DNA from: Octopus bimaculoides
Lineage: Eukaryota
DNA: 63,813 bases
Direction of reading: 5' to 3'
Assembly (NCBI RefSeq): GCF_001194135.2
Contig: NC_068984.1
Location: 35,586,459 to 35,650,271 of the forward strand
The notes below the pieces were generated by a model that was not told where the DNA came from, did not search any database, and was given only the letters and a program-made list of their open reading frames with translations. Every line of letters starts with the position of its first letter. The first letter of the stretch is position 1. Shown piece by piece: positions 1-11,690 of this stretch. A program made the position numbers and the translations under genes.

Positions 1-334
1 ATATATATATATATATACTTATGCGTGTGCATGTGGTGAAGGTAAATTTTTCTTGCACGTATTTCCTTTTTCTCTTGTCTAGATATATCATGCATAAATA
101 CCTGCTTTTAATGAGTGCAGAATGGATTTCGAAAAGTTCACTATCTCTATGACCTACAACAATTCCAACACGAAATTAAGTAATGATATTGCATGCAAAT
201 TTGAATATGAAATTATGTAATAATTGACTAACTACCAGTCATTCTTTCAGGTTTTATGAACTAAGTATCAACAACACTTTAACAAACACTTCAAGACTTG
301 ATATGTAGAAAGTAATATTAAAGTAACGAGATAG

Positions 335-455
335 GAGAATCTTTAGCGCGCCGAGCAAAATACTTGACGAAATTTCTGCCTTCTTTACGTTATTAGTTCA
401 AAATCCGCCGAAATCGACTTTGCTTTTTATCTTTTCGCGCCGAATTATTTATGAA
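335..455 (+). mobile_element. Degraded SINE family A copy (5' two-thirds)
   Basis: Reads ttagcgcgccgagcaaaatactt...ttacgttattagttcaaatcc-gccgaaatcgactttgctttttatc. It is collinear with the better copies at 9145-9347 and 37270-37470 and retains the B-box-like AGTTCAAATCC. Confidence 0.65.
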
Positions 456-540
456 CTGCTCGAATTAATTGACTATCTTCCTTTCCTAAAATGTTAGGAT
501 TTGTACAAATAGTAAAATGAAGTATTTATTAGAAAATGGA

Positions 541-735
541 AAGGTGGCAAAACCATAAGCTTGTAGGCCATAAATCTTAATATCATTACGTTCTCAGTTA
601 AAATTCTGCCAAGGTAGATTTAGTCTTACATCCTTTCGAGGCCTATAAAAGAAGTACCAGTTGAGCATTGGATTCTTTTTAACTGATTACCTCCTTCCCC
701 GATATTGCTAGCTCTGTGCCAAAATATCTAACCAC
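541..735 (+). mobile_element. Degraded SINE family A copy
   Basis: Reads ttacgttctcagttaaaattctgccaaggtagattt...catcctttcgagg...aagtaccagttgagcattgg...ctctgtgcc, the same motif order as the other family A copies. Confidence 0.65.
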
Positions 736-1849
736 TATTATTATAAAGGGACAAGGCATTTTTCAGTATTATTTCTTTTTTTCGGAATGTTCTTTTATTT
801 ACATTTATGCTTTTGCTTGATATTTTAATTCCTCCGCTGGCCTTCTAATTTATTTGTATCAATAAGTTGCTATTATTAAACAATAGTTTGAAAAATCAAT
901 AGTCTGCTAACTATTTGCATTGAAGGTTATTCTCAATTACAGTTTCGATTGAAATTCAATTATTCTCCCATTGTTCCAAAAATTGTAGAATAAACGACTT
1001 TCATTGAGTATAATCATACATATAGGTTTGTGATTAAATATTCACTGATATATAATTGCCACTTTATATATGTATCCCTTGCGTTTCAAATTCTGAAATA
1101 TAGACTACATTGAAAATAAATTAGATATACAAAAGTGTGTCGAAATGTTCCTGGCTTTTAGGGTATCGCGGAAGTTCGGTTTAGAGTCCCAACCTTGCGG
1201 GTTCTTTTACCGGGCATTGGTAAACTGAAGGACAATTGCAATAAGTGTATGAATCTCAGAAGGAAATATGTTGAATAAAGTCATAATAAAGTGATCTTCT
1301 TGTATTTTTCTTTTTCCACGTCGTATCATTAATGAATTGATGAAAGTGTTGGGGTTGAAAAGATCTCATATTTACTCGAACATGTTGTAAGGATACTTAG
1401 ACGAAAAATATAGAAATTCTGAAGTGTATATGTAAAGTTCATAATATTAAAACACACTTCGTAAGATTTTTCCAACTTAATAATGTAATTCGTTTCATTC
1501 TTTTGTACTATGATACTTTCTGTCGCATAATACCATATTTACTTTGTAATTTTAAGTATAAAGTATCAATCGAAGTTAAAGGAATTGTAATGGTAAGGGC
1601 AAAATACTAAGGTGGTTCTACACTGAAGAAATTTATAAAATCAAGCCGTGCAGGAAATATTGCCAAGCAGGGAAACGAAACTACTAAAAATATTAAGATA
1701 CGATCTATATGAATGCAGAACAGGAAATACTGGCGCATGTTCAGCCAGATGTTACTGCTACCTTGTGGGTTCGAAAACGCATCGAATTGTTCCAATTTTT
1801 CTCTCTATATCAGTCTCTATATGAGTGTGCATGTATGTATAAAAATAAG

Positions 1850-1920
1850 TTTCTATGTATACACAAACACATGTACACACAACTACATATCTTCATACTT
1901 ACATGCATATACGTGTGTGA

Positions 1921-1958
<38 letters not shown>

Positions 1959-2765
1959 GCACACACATATATATATACATACATATATCTATAAATATGA
2001 GTTATATATATATGTACACAGATACACACACACACACGTCCGTGTGTGTGTGTGTGTGTGTGTACATAAAATATTATGCACACACGCACGCACACACATG
2101 AACGCCAACATGCACACATTTAGAAAGAGAGACTTGAAAGCTTGCTTGGAAGTGCACAGACATGAAATACAGCAAAACGGTACATTAATATAAAAGCTCC
2201 CATTTGTATTATCCGAACCAAACAAATAATCTAAGTTTGGTCCAGCCTGTTAATAAAAGTCAAACAGTTTACAAAAGTGTTTCGGTAATAAAGAAATAAT
2301 GACGAACACAATCACAACCCACACAAGCACATATCATTTCTCATACATACATACATACATACATATATATATATATACATGTATGTATGTATGTGTGTAT
2401 ATATGTATATATATATATATATATATANNNNNNNNNNNNNNNNNNNNNNNNNNNNNNNNNNNNNNNNNNNNNNNNNNNNNNNNNNNNNNNNNNNNNNNNN
2501 NNNNNNNNNNNNNNNNNNNNNNNNNNNNNNNNNNNNNNNNNNNNNNNNNNNNNNNNNNNNNNNNNNNNNNNNNNNNNNNNNNNNNNNNNNNNNNNNNNNN
2601 NNNNNNNNNNNNNNNNNNNNNNNNNNNNNNNNNNNNNNNNNNNNNNNNNNNNNNNNNNNNNNNNNNNNNNNNNNNNNNNNNNNNNNNNNNNNNNNNNNNN
2701 NNNNNNNNNNNNNNNNNNNNNNNNNNNNNNNNNNNNNNNNNNNNNNNNNNNNNNNNNNNNNNNNN

Positions 2766-2808
<43 letters not shown>

Positions 2809-2996
2809 ATGTATATGCATACATATATATGCTTATGTTGGATTGTGAATTTGTGTATGTGCTTGCCCAGAGTGCATCTGCTATGTTTGTTGTATGCATA
2901 ATGTACATTTTTTGTGTACGTATTATATAAGTATACATTTAGCATTATGATATATAAAGTTACTATTATTAATATATATGTGACTCTGTGTGTCCG

Positions 2997-3038
<42 letters not shown>

Positions 3039-3110
3039 TGTGTGTGTGTGTGTGTGTGTGTAACACATAGACTCACACACACGTACACACACAGATAACA
3101 CACATATGCA
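1850..3110. repeat. Compound (TA)n/(CA)n/(TG)n microsatellites flanking an assembly gap (N at 2428-2765)
   Basis: Dinucleotide runs are visible directly and explain all the [12 protein letters not shown] ORFs here. Confidence 0.95.
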
Positions 3111-4119
3111 ATATAATACATTGGTTTGTGTATGTATGAATATTCTCATATAATCATGAGCGTACGTATGTCTTAATAAATAGTTTTACGACCCAAATTC
3201 CTATAGTAGCGGAACCAACCCAAACCAACAACCTATGTATGAGAACAGAACACAATCCACCTCACTACCTCATCGCTTTCCAGTTTTAGCGAAAAAGCCT
3301 TAAAGCGTGACGTGGCGCAACATGAATTCAATATTTACCGACTAACTAATGATATCTTTATTCATTTCCTTGTTGGATTTGTTTCCAAACAGTTGTAACA
3401 CACCGCTTACCGGATATTACCAGCTAGGGTAGCAAACGATTGCTTCCTGTTTTGTCAAAGCCATGCGTATTCCCTCTTGTAGTGCTAAACAGTCCCTGTT
3501 CACTACGCTCCGTTGAGCACAGCTTGTGTTAGGAAAAGTTTTATATAAAGCCTATTTTTTTCATACTTTATCACAGGACATTACTTCTGTTTTTCTTTCA
3601 TATATGTTGAATTTTTTTTTCTAATATTTCATCAATTTGTTCTATATACTTTATTCGATATTCATACTTTTATTATATTTCTGCAATCCTAATTTCCTCT
3701 CGTTAGTATATATAATTTATTGGCGCTGCTGACGTTGTTGTTGTTGTTATTATTATTATTGTTATTGGTGTCGTTGTTATCGATGCTTTTATCAGTATCA
3801 TTATTATTATTCTCTTGCAATCATAGTTAACACCATCATCATTATCATCGTCACATTCACCATTTCATTATTGTCTGGTGAAGAAAATAATAACGGTAAG
3901 ATCTCAGAGAAACGAACGTAAGTATCCGATTTCAATTCCTCTGTGTGCGAGGCAAGAATCATATGCCTAGTTACATATAAAGGATGGCAACTTTGTCCTC
4001 CATACTTTCGCAGAGGAAGAAATACGTAAGAGATGAGCAGTGGTGTCGATGATATCGACAAGCCCCAACTCCCAAAACTATTTCAGAAAACACTATTGCA
4101 GAGTAAAATTGTATTCTAC

Positions 4120-4255
4120 TACGACTGCTGCTGCTACTACTACTACTACTCTTACTACTCATAATAATAGTAATAATGATAATAATAATAACAACAACAA
4201 CAATAATAGTAATAATTATCATAATAATAATAATTATAATTATAATACTTTCTAT
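4120..4255. repeat. (CTA)n/(ATA)n trinucleotide microsatellite
   Basis: Seen directly. Confidence 0.9.
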
Positions 4256-4257
4256 TA

Positions 4258-4390
4258 TAGGCACAAGACCTGAAGCTTTGTGGGGAGGGGACTAGTAGAT
4301 TACATCGACCCTAGAATTTCACTAGTACTTAATTTATCGATCCCGAGAGGATGAAAAGCAAAGTTGACTTCGGCGGAATTTGAACTCAGT
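4258..4390 (-). mobile_element. SINE family A, 5'-truncated at the B box
   Basis: Reverse complement reads ctgagttcaaattccgccgaagtcaactttgcttttcatcctctcgggatcgataaattaagtactag...ggtcttgtgcc. Confidence 0.8.
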
Positions 4391-4398
4391 CGGACGAA

Positions 4399-4400
4399 CA

Positions 4401-4476
<76 letters not shown>

Positions 4477-4812
4477 GCGCCACCAACAAGAACAACGATA
4501 ACAATATTAATAACAGCGACAGCAGCAACAGCTACAGCATTATTAACAATAATAGGAGGAGGAAAAGGAGGAGGAAGAGGAGGAGGAAGGGGAGGAGGAA
4601 GGGGAGGGGAAGGGGAGTGGAAGAGGAGGAGGAGGAAGAGGAGGCGGAAGAGGAGGAGGAAGAGGAGGAGGAAGAGAAGGAGGAAGAGGAGAAGGAAGAG
4701 GAGGGAGAAGAGGAGGGGGAAGAGGAGGAGGAAGAGGAGTAAGAAGTGGAGTAAGAAGAGGAGGATGAAGAGAAGGAAGAAACGGAGGAGGAAGAGGAGG
4801 AGGCAAAGGAGG
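4399..4812. repeat. (AAT)n run followed by (GGA/GAA)n purine-rich low-complexity run
   Basis: Seen directly. It generates the spurious poly-N, poly-E and RRRK ORFs. Confidence 0.95.
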
Positions 4813-5039
4813 ACCGTAATTGAAACCGTTAACAGGCTTATAGATGCAATAGTCAACAAATACTGGTTTAGCAAAATATCTGCTCAATTACTTTGTAAAA
4901 TGTGTACCGCATGCCAGGCTGAAAATTTGTCCCGCTACGGCTGTGTTGTTACCGCCACTATGCAAAGTCTCTAGTCAGCCGCTGCATTTGATAAGAATGA
5001 TAAGGCATTATGATCACAGCGATAATAGTAATGACAACG

Positions 5040-5290
5040 GGAGAGGTGGTGACTGTGTCGATTGTTGCGGTGGTGGTGGTGGTGTTTGTGGTGGTGTTTG
5101 TGGTGGTGGTGGCGCCGACTGTGGCGATTGTTGTCATTTTTGTGGCGTTGGCGGTGGTGGAGGTGGTGAGGCGGTGGCGGTGGCGTCGTCGGTGGTGGTG
5201 ATGCTGAAGCGGGATGTGAGTAAGAAGAGGACATCGAAGGTGATGGGAAAGATGAAGATGAGGATAACGATGTTGATGACATCAGTTAAA
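5040..5290. repeat. (GGT)n/(GAT)n degenerate trinucleotide run
   Basis: Seen directly. Confidence 0.9.
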
Positions 5291-6394
5291 ATAGCATTCT
5301 AATGTTTGACGATGAGGAAGATATACAAAAAATGCCCGCTAGTATTAACGAGGTGGCTTCTCTTTTTTTATGGTCACTAGTAATGTGCGTTGTTGAGTTT
5401 CCTCAAGACATATTTCGCTTCATTCTTAAGATCGATTCCTATAGAACTTTTATCTGCACACGGACTGAAATATGCATGCTTAGACTAATAAATACACGCA
5501 TAAAATGTTGNNNNNNNNNNNNNNNNNNNNNNNNNNNNNNNNNNNNNNNNNNNNNNNNNNNNNNNNNNNNNNNNNNNNNNNNNNNNNNNNNNNNNNNNNN
5601 NNNNNNNNNNNNNNNNNNNNNNNNNNNNNNNNNNNNNNNNNNNNNNNNNNNNNNNNNNNNNNNNNNNNNNNNNNNNNNNNNNNNNNNNNNNNNNNNNNNN
5701 NNNNNNNNNNNNNNNNNNNNNNNNNNNNNNNNNNNNNNNNNNNNNNNNNNNNNNNNNNNNNNNNNNNNNNNNNNNNNNNNNNNNNNNNNNNNNNNNNNNN
5801 NNNNNNNNNNNNNNNNNNNNNNNNNNNNNNNNNNNNNNNNNNNNNNNNNNNNNNNNNNNNNNNNNNNNNNNNNNNNNNNNNNNNNNNNNNNNNNNNNNNN
5901 NNNNNNNNNNNNNNNNNNNNNNNNNNNNNNNNNNNNNNNNNNNNNNNNNNNNNNNNNNNNNNNNNNNNNNNNNNNNNNNNNNNNNNNNNNNNNNNNNNNN
6001 NNNNNNNNNNNNNNNNNNNNNNNNNNNNNNNNNNNNNNNNNNNNNNNNNNNNNNNNNNNNNNNNNNNNNNNNNNNNNNNNNNNNNNNNNNNNNNNNNNNN
6101 NNTTAACTAAAGGCAGGTGGTTTTTTTACTCTTCTCTACTGTTTTTTGTTCTGTGTGTATCAAAAATATCGCTATCAATTTAGAGTAATAATTTGTAGTT
6201 TTGGAATCAGTAGTTCTGCTATTTCTGAATTCTCAGTATGTTGGAGAAGCAGGTTACTGTCAATCCCTATATATTTATGATTATAAATGATTTTTACCGA
6301 AAAGGTTTTTTCATACTGAGCTACCCGGCAAAATTGTTAATTATTAATTTTATTACTAATTGACGATTCCCTGCCCTGCATATCTATCTATCTA

Positions 6395-6431
<37 letters not shown>

Positions 6432-7279
6432 GTAGTTATGTATGTTTGCATTTGTGTGTGTGTTTTCGTGTGTCTGCGCGCATGCGCCTGTGTTATTTCT
6501 GGGAAAGAGTGTGACCTAGTGCTTCTTGGTTTCGCCTCGCTATCCTAGCGTTGTGTTTTCCAATCTTGGAGCAGATGACACATTCTGCCCTTTAGCAATT
6601 CTCTGTTTAATGTTGCTCCAGTGTACACAACTAAAGCTTACTAGCCTATCAAGCGTTGGTGCAGCTCCCTATCTCTCTCCCCTGCTACCTCTCCGCCTCA
6701 CTCTCACACTATCTCACACTCCTCCCTTTCTTTTCGAATTATCACATCCTCGTTGTTGCACAATTTATATGGAAGCAATTCAGAGTGAGTTTCTCTGTGC
6801 TCGGGACAACATAAAACGAATAGTCAAATCATGTTAGGTGTTACTACGCCCTACTCGTTTCTGGAGTAGAGGCTCACCATTAAATATTCGGGTGTATGAG
6901 TTGTGTTTGTGTGTCTATGTTTGCGTGTATGTCTGTGTGTATATATGTATTTATGTATGCGTGCATGAATGCATGTTTTTGTTTGTATGATTGCGTACAT
7001 GTGTTTCGATATTTGTGAGTGCGTGTGCCATAAGAATTCGTGAGATATCGATTTTAAATTATGGCGCACGGCAACATACAAAAGCCTGAAGTCAGTTACT
7101 GAAATAAGTTTGAGATTAGAGATATAGTTATTTGTATTTTGAGTCAGCATTTAGACGGCTACAAGACTTGAGGTGGTAGAATGAGGTTTACAATCTAAAG
7201 TAGTGTTTTAGTTGCAGAACACCACCCTGAAATGTGCAATATAAAACGAATGATCTTAAATATAGTGAATTATATTTGA

Positions 7280-8485
7280 ACAGTCGTTGCATCACGTAAC
7301 TATTACATCAAATCTGAAACAACTGCTCAATCACTCGAATGATGATGTGATATATATCGACTTTGCCATAGTCTTAGACAAAGTTTATCATGGGTCGATG
7401 TGTCATAAACTGCGTGAAATTCGTCTCGTTAGAAAATAAGGAGAGTGGCTGCACGTCTTTTTTTTAAAATGCAGACGTCACAGTCGCAACCAGTGGTGCT
7501 TTTTTCTGGGAAGATATCGTTTCTCAGCATAATCCTTCAGGGAACTGTACTGGGACCACTAGTGTTTGTGGTGATTCCAACAGACATGCCCTCAGTCATG
7601 CAGTCAGCCACTTTCATGAGCTATGTTGATGATACAAGGGTATTACAAGCAGTGAAGGACTCAGATGAGATCTTAAAACTACGGAAAGACATGAATGCAA
7701 TATATACATTGGTGAGCTGATGAAAATAAATGCTTTTCGATGCTGAGAAGTTTCAAGCAATCCACTATTGGACCACAATCATACTATTGTTGGAATGCAC
7801 AGGACCAAAGTGTAGCACAATTCAAGGGTAAGAATTGGAGGGTGATTTGGGAATCCAAATGAGTGATGATGCAACATTGCATATGCATATTTCCAAAATG
7901 GGAAAATTTTGTATCGACAAGTACTTCGATGGCTTCTGGGATTACACAGAACCAGGAAAAGGGATACCACGCTCCTCTCCGCCTAGGGAGAACTTTAGTT
8001 CTCAGTTGCCTGAATTGCTGTATCCAAATATGGACACAGAGCGACAAAATGATGGCGTAAAAAAGAGGCAATCCAGCACCATCACAGTAAAAAGAGTGAG
8101 CCGGTGCAACAGATAAACTATGGGAGAACCTAAAGGGACTGAATTTCTACTCATTAGTGAGAAGACAGGAATTTTCCATATACATATGTAAGATTCTGGA
8201 CGTTTTAGTACCCAAATGGGTAATTGAAAGCTATAACAACCATCGAAATGATAAGTACTGCATAGCACCAAACTTCCGTCATCTCCATCCACAGTAAGGA
8301 CCCAGTATTGTAGAGTTTGTGTTTCAAGGATCTACAACTATTAAATTCTTCCAAACAGCCTTATAAACTTGCGATTGTAAATGTGGAAGACGTTAAAGAA
8401 TGTTTAGAACATGTTTATCTAAGATAGCAGACGACCTCCACATCGATGTCAAAGCTTCACTGAATTCATGGATTATTCAAATGTA
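7280..8485 (+). mobile_element. Decayed CR1-like (Jockey-group) LINE: reverse transcriptase and C-terminal region
   Basis: Manual translation gives DVIYIDFAIVLDKV (cf. DxxYxDFxKAFDxV), ILQGTVLGPLVF (cf. GVPQGSVLGPLLF), MSYVDDTRV (YADD-like), DLGIQMSDD and LNFYSLVRRQ (cf. LxxYSLxRRR), with stops and frameshifts. Confidence 0.85.
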
Positions 8486-9144
8486 GACGCACAGATGCAC
8501 ACGTATAGGTATGTTTATATATATATACGTGTGTGTGTGTGCATGTGCGTGACTGGGTATGTGTATGTGTAAAATTTGAAGAAGCTCGTGCATTCAGTGA
8601 AACTTTAACATCACATTTAATAAAATTAATAGTTTTGAAAGATCTACAATTGTAAGGAATATTTAATATACTTCGTTCTTTTTTCTTTGTTTTGGGGGTT
8701 TTTGTTTTTGCATACTACATACGTATTTATGTTAAATCAGAAATTTTTCAAAGGGGCGCCCAGCGGAAAACGTGTATCCTATTTTGCGTAGGAAATAATG
8801 ATCCCATCAGGAAATATAATTTCCTAAATTGCTATCCGGAAAACGATGGGCTTCATGCAAGAATGAAATAATTTCTTCACACACTCAAACCTAAAAGTAC
8901 ATAACGTCTAGAATATTCCAAATAATTTTTATCATTGATTTTCAGCTTTTAGAATATATTTTTGTTTATATGTTTAAGAACTCTAGCTTGGACAAATGTT
9001 CTAAATCATAACAACACCATATCATACATGAAGTATAGCAGCAAAGTTTTCATAGGCTTGAATGCAACTAAAGTGCACACGCAAATTAGGCAAACATATA
9101 AAGCTACATTTTTATCTAATTCATGTATGTATGTACTAGTTTTA

Positions 9145-9347
9145 AATTTTGACACAAGACCAGCAACTCCGAGAGTAGTGATCGTTGACGAGATCAACTT
9201 CAGTGTTCAAATGTTACTCATGCTATCGACCCCGAAATGTGGAAAGGCAAAACCAATCTCGGGAGAATTTGAACGCATTAAGTTAAAACAGACGAACTGC
9301 CGCTAAATATTTTCCCGGCGTGCTAACGATTCTCCCAACTCGCCGCC
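9145..9347 (-). mobile_element. Near full-length SINE family A copy
   Basis: Reverse complement starts ggcggcgagttgggagaatcgttagcacgccgggaaaatatttagcggc..., contains gcgttcaaattctcccgag and gcctttccacatttcggggtcgatagc, and ends ggtcttgtgtc. Confidence 0.8.
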
Positions 9348-10161
9348 ATTAAACAGGCATATATTAATGTGGGTTGGGAACGACTACACAGTAAATTTTA
9401 GTATTGTATATTATTTATTAACATCAACAAGGATGTTTTGAGAGACATCTTCAAGTTTCGGTTTGCTAGATGTCTTTAGAGTTTGATTTACATTTTTCTT
9501 CAAGTTGGTGTTTATATACATTTTGTAGTAAAAAATTCGGCATCTCCAAGCACTGTGATTAGCAAGTATGTAGGTTGCAGGGAGAGGGGAGTTGTAGTTA
9601 AGAAGGAACAGGGGGAAAATAATGGATAGAAGGAAAGTATGTGTATGTCACTTGTGTGCTAATAGGAAAGAGTGATGAAGAAATTCAGTGAAGCATAGAT
9701 GAAAAAGGTGTAAATGAATATATCATATTCAGATCGGAACATTCTTTGTATATACTGTTCGTTTCTGAGGTACTTTAGGCTTCGCCAACGAAAGATTTTA
9801 GATAATACTGTTTGTTACACAGTATATGAGATTCAATATCGCGTTGTTATTAGTTTTCTATTAAGAAATTTTAAACTGGATGTGTATGGGAACGTTTCAT
9901 CTCTGGGGACTACGGATATTTATTGGTCATTTGCTTATCTATTTCTAGCATAGCCAATTATATTTATATTATATGAGTTTGGGCCAATGCATGTCGCTGC
10001 ATTTATATCAAAATTGTTAATAGCGACGGACAATAACCCCATAAGCATGTGTGTTGATAAGGTGATATACAGGTTTAAAATCTGTGTAAATATATAATAT
10101 ATTTACGTACATTTGCACTAATAACTTCATATGTCTATACCCATCAGTAACTACATATACA

Positions 10162-10164
<3 letters not shown>

Positions 10165-10226
<62 letters not shown>

Positions 10227-10281
10227 GCACACACTAATACATAACCTCATGGACCAATAAACACTATTAGGACATGAAACA

Positions 10282-10365
<84 letters not shown>

Positions 10366-10366
10366 A

Positions 10367-10407
<41 letters not shown>

Positions 10408-10412
10408 GTCTA
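10165..10412. repeat. (TA)n, (TG)n and (ATCT)n microsatellites
   Basis: Seen directly. Confidence 0.95.
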
Positions 10413-10724
10413 TATATATTAATCTTTCAAGCTATCCCTAGAGATTTCCTACAGGAAATATGTAGAGATAACTTTCAGAAGTTATAGAATACAACTGCTA
10501 ATGGCTAGATAACGAAATACTTACTGGTTTTTTGTACCTATGCTGTCCCTGGACATGGATATGCACGCACAATATGGTGATAGTGTACAAGTAAAAAGCT
10601 GGATAAGCTAAGGTTTATCAGGAATCAAATCTAGATAAGCAGAAAATGGAGAAAACGCTTGATCAACAAACCAACAAATTGACCAACGTCATTTTTTAAA
10701 TACAAGCATAACATATCATTACAT

Positions 10725-10765
10725 AACATTTCTTACGGCCGTTTCGGCTGCCGATGTCAATCAGT
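10725..10765 (-). ncRNA. Degenerate hammerhead-ribozyme-like relic (PLE type)
   Basis: Minus strand reads ctgattga-catc-ggc-a-gcc-GAAAC-GGCC-GTA-agaaat. Stem III is the palindrome ACGGCCGT followed by a GUA triplet. The CUGANGA box is mis-spaced. Confidence 0.4.
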
Positions 10766-11575
10766 GCTTAAAAGAAAATCCCGAAAATTATATTCGCCAT
10801 CTTTACCGCTAAATCGAAAGAATTTTACGGGCTCATACTCCTATATGCGATTCAAATAAGGTTATTTTAAGTAGAAATGGCTTTATAGGTACAGTTTATA
10901 CACGAATTAATGGTAATCTTCCCGAACGATACATGTTTATAGCTGTTAGAGTGTTGCGTGTGATTTCTATGTTTATTATCATTAGTTATATTCTTTAGGC
11001 TTTGCAAATTAATCTCGCCATTAGTGGTGCTAGGAACCTGTTTCTGCCGTAATGTTTTGAGTTGTTACTGTGGTCTTCTTGATTAGTGGGTTCATTGACA
11101 TCACACATCCCTCATCTATTTCCCCTTCGCTATTCCACCTGTTGTATTTCTGTTATTATTATAGTTCTTCTTCGTGCTGCTAATTCCGATCCCGTTAGTG
11201 TCGTGAGCTATTGTTCTCTGTGTTTTATTACTTAGTTTAGGTGTATTTCTATGTTCTGTATTATTGCAGGTAATTTTGTCAATATTATTTCTGTTCGTTG
11301 CAACCATGTGTGGGATATATTTAATTCTACATCTATAGCCTTCATTTTTAAGTGCCTTAACTTACTGATCTTTATGAATATTAAATAAGTCGTCACTAGC
11401 TTCAATCACAGCTTAATCTTTTCAGCTTAATCTTGGCTCAAAAGTGTTTTCCATCTTCTGCTTACAAACACACATGTATATATATATATATATATACATA
11501 TATATGGGAGAATTTGCGAAAAGACAACAGATGAGGACAGGTGGTGTAAACAACAAAAGGACGTATTAGTTTAAC

Positions 11576-11690
11576 GCTCGGAAATAGAGAAAGTCTTTAA
11601 CGTTTCGAGCTAGGCTCTTCAACAGAAAGAAATAAGGAGAAAAAACAAGGAGCAAAAAAATTTGAATGTAGTGGTCAGCGATCTATCATG
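11576..11690 (-). mobile_element. Interspersed repeat carrying a minimal hammerhead-like motif (probable Penelope pLTR derivative), copy 1
   Basis: Collinear with 40590-40714. Core 11594-11630 on the minus strand reads tcttt-CTGTTGA-A-GAGC-cta-GCTC-GAAAC-GTT-aaaga. Confidence 0.65.

Noticed and set aside
1607-1795. Hydrophobic 62-aa minus-strand ORF resembling a membrane-protein segment
   Set aside because: It has no recognisable motif or coherent splice pair, and AT-rich DNA yields hydrophobic peptides by default.
3252-3273. let-7-like sequence (minus TGAGGTAGTGAGG; plus-strand CTACCTCA seed site)
   Set aside because: There is no complementary star arm or hairpin, and an 8-mer match is expected by chance in 64 kb.
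4380-4974. Poly-Glu ORF and Gly/Arg/Lys-rich protamine-like ORF
   Set aside because: Both are alternative frames of (AAT)n and (GGA/GAA)n microsatellites. There is no protamine gene context or unique coding sequence.
4943-5302. His-rich, Gly-rich and Val-rich ORFs
   Set aside because: They are translations of a degenerate (GGT)n run.
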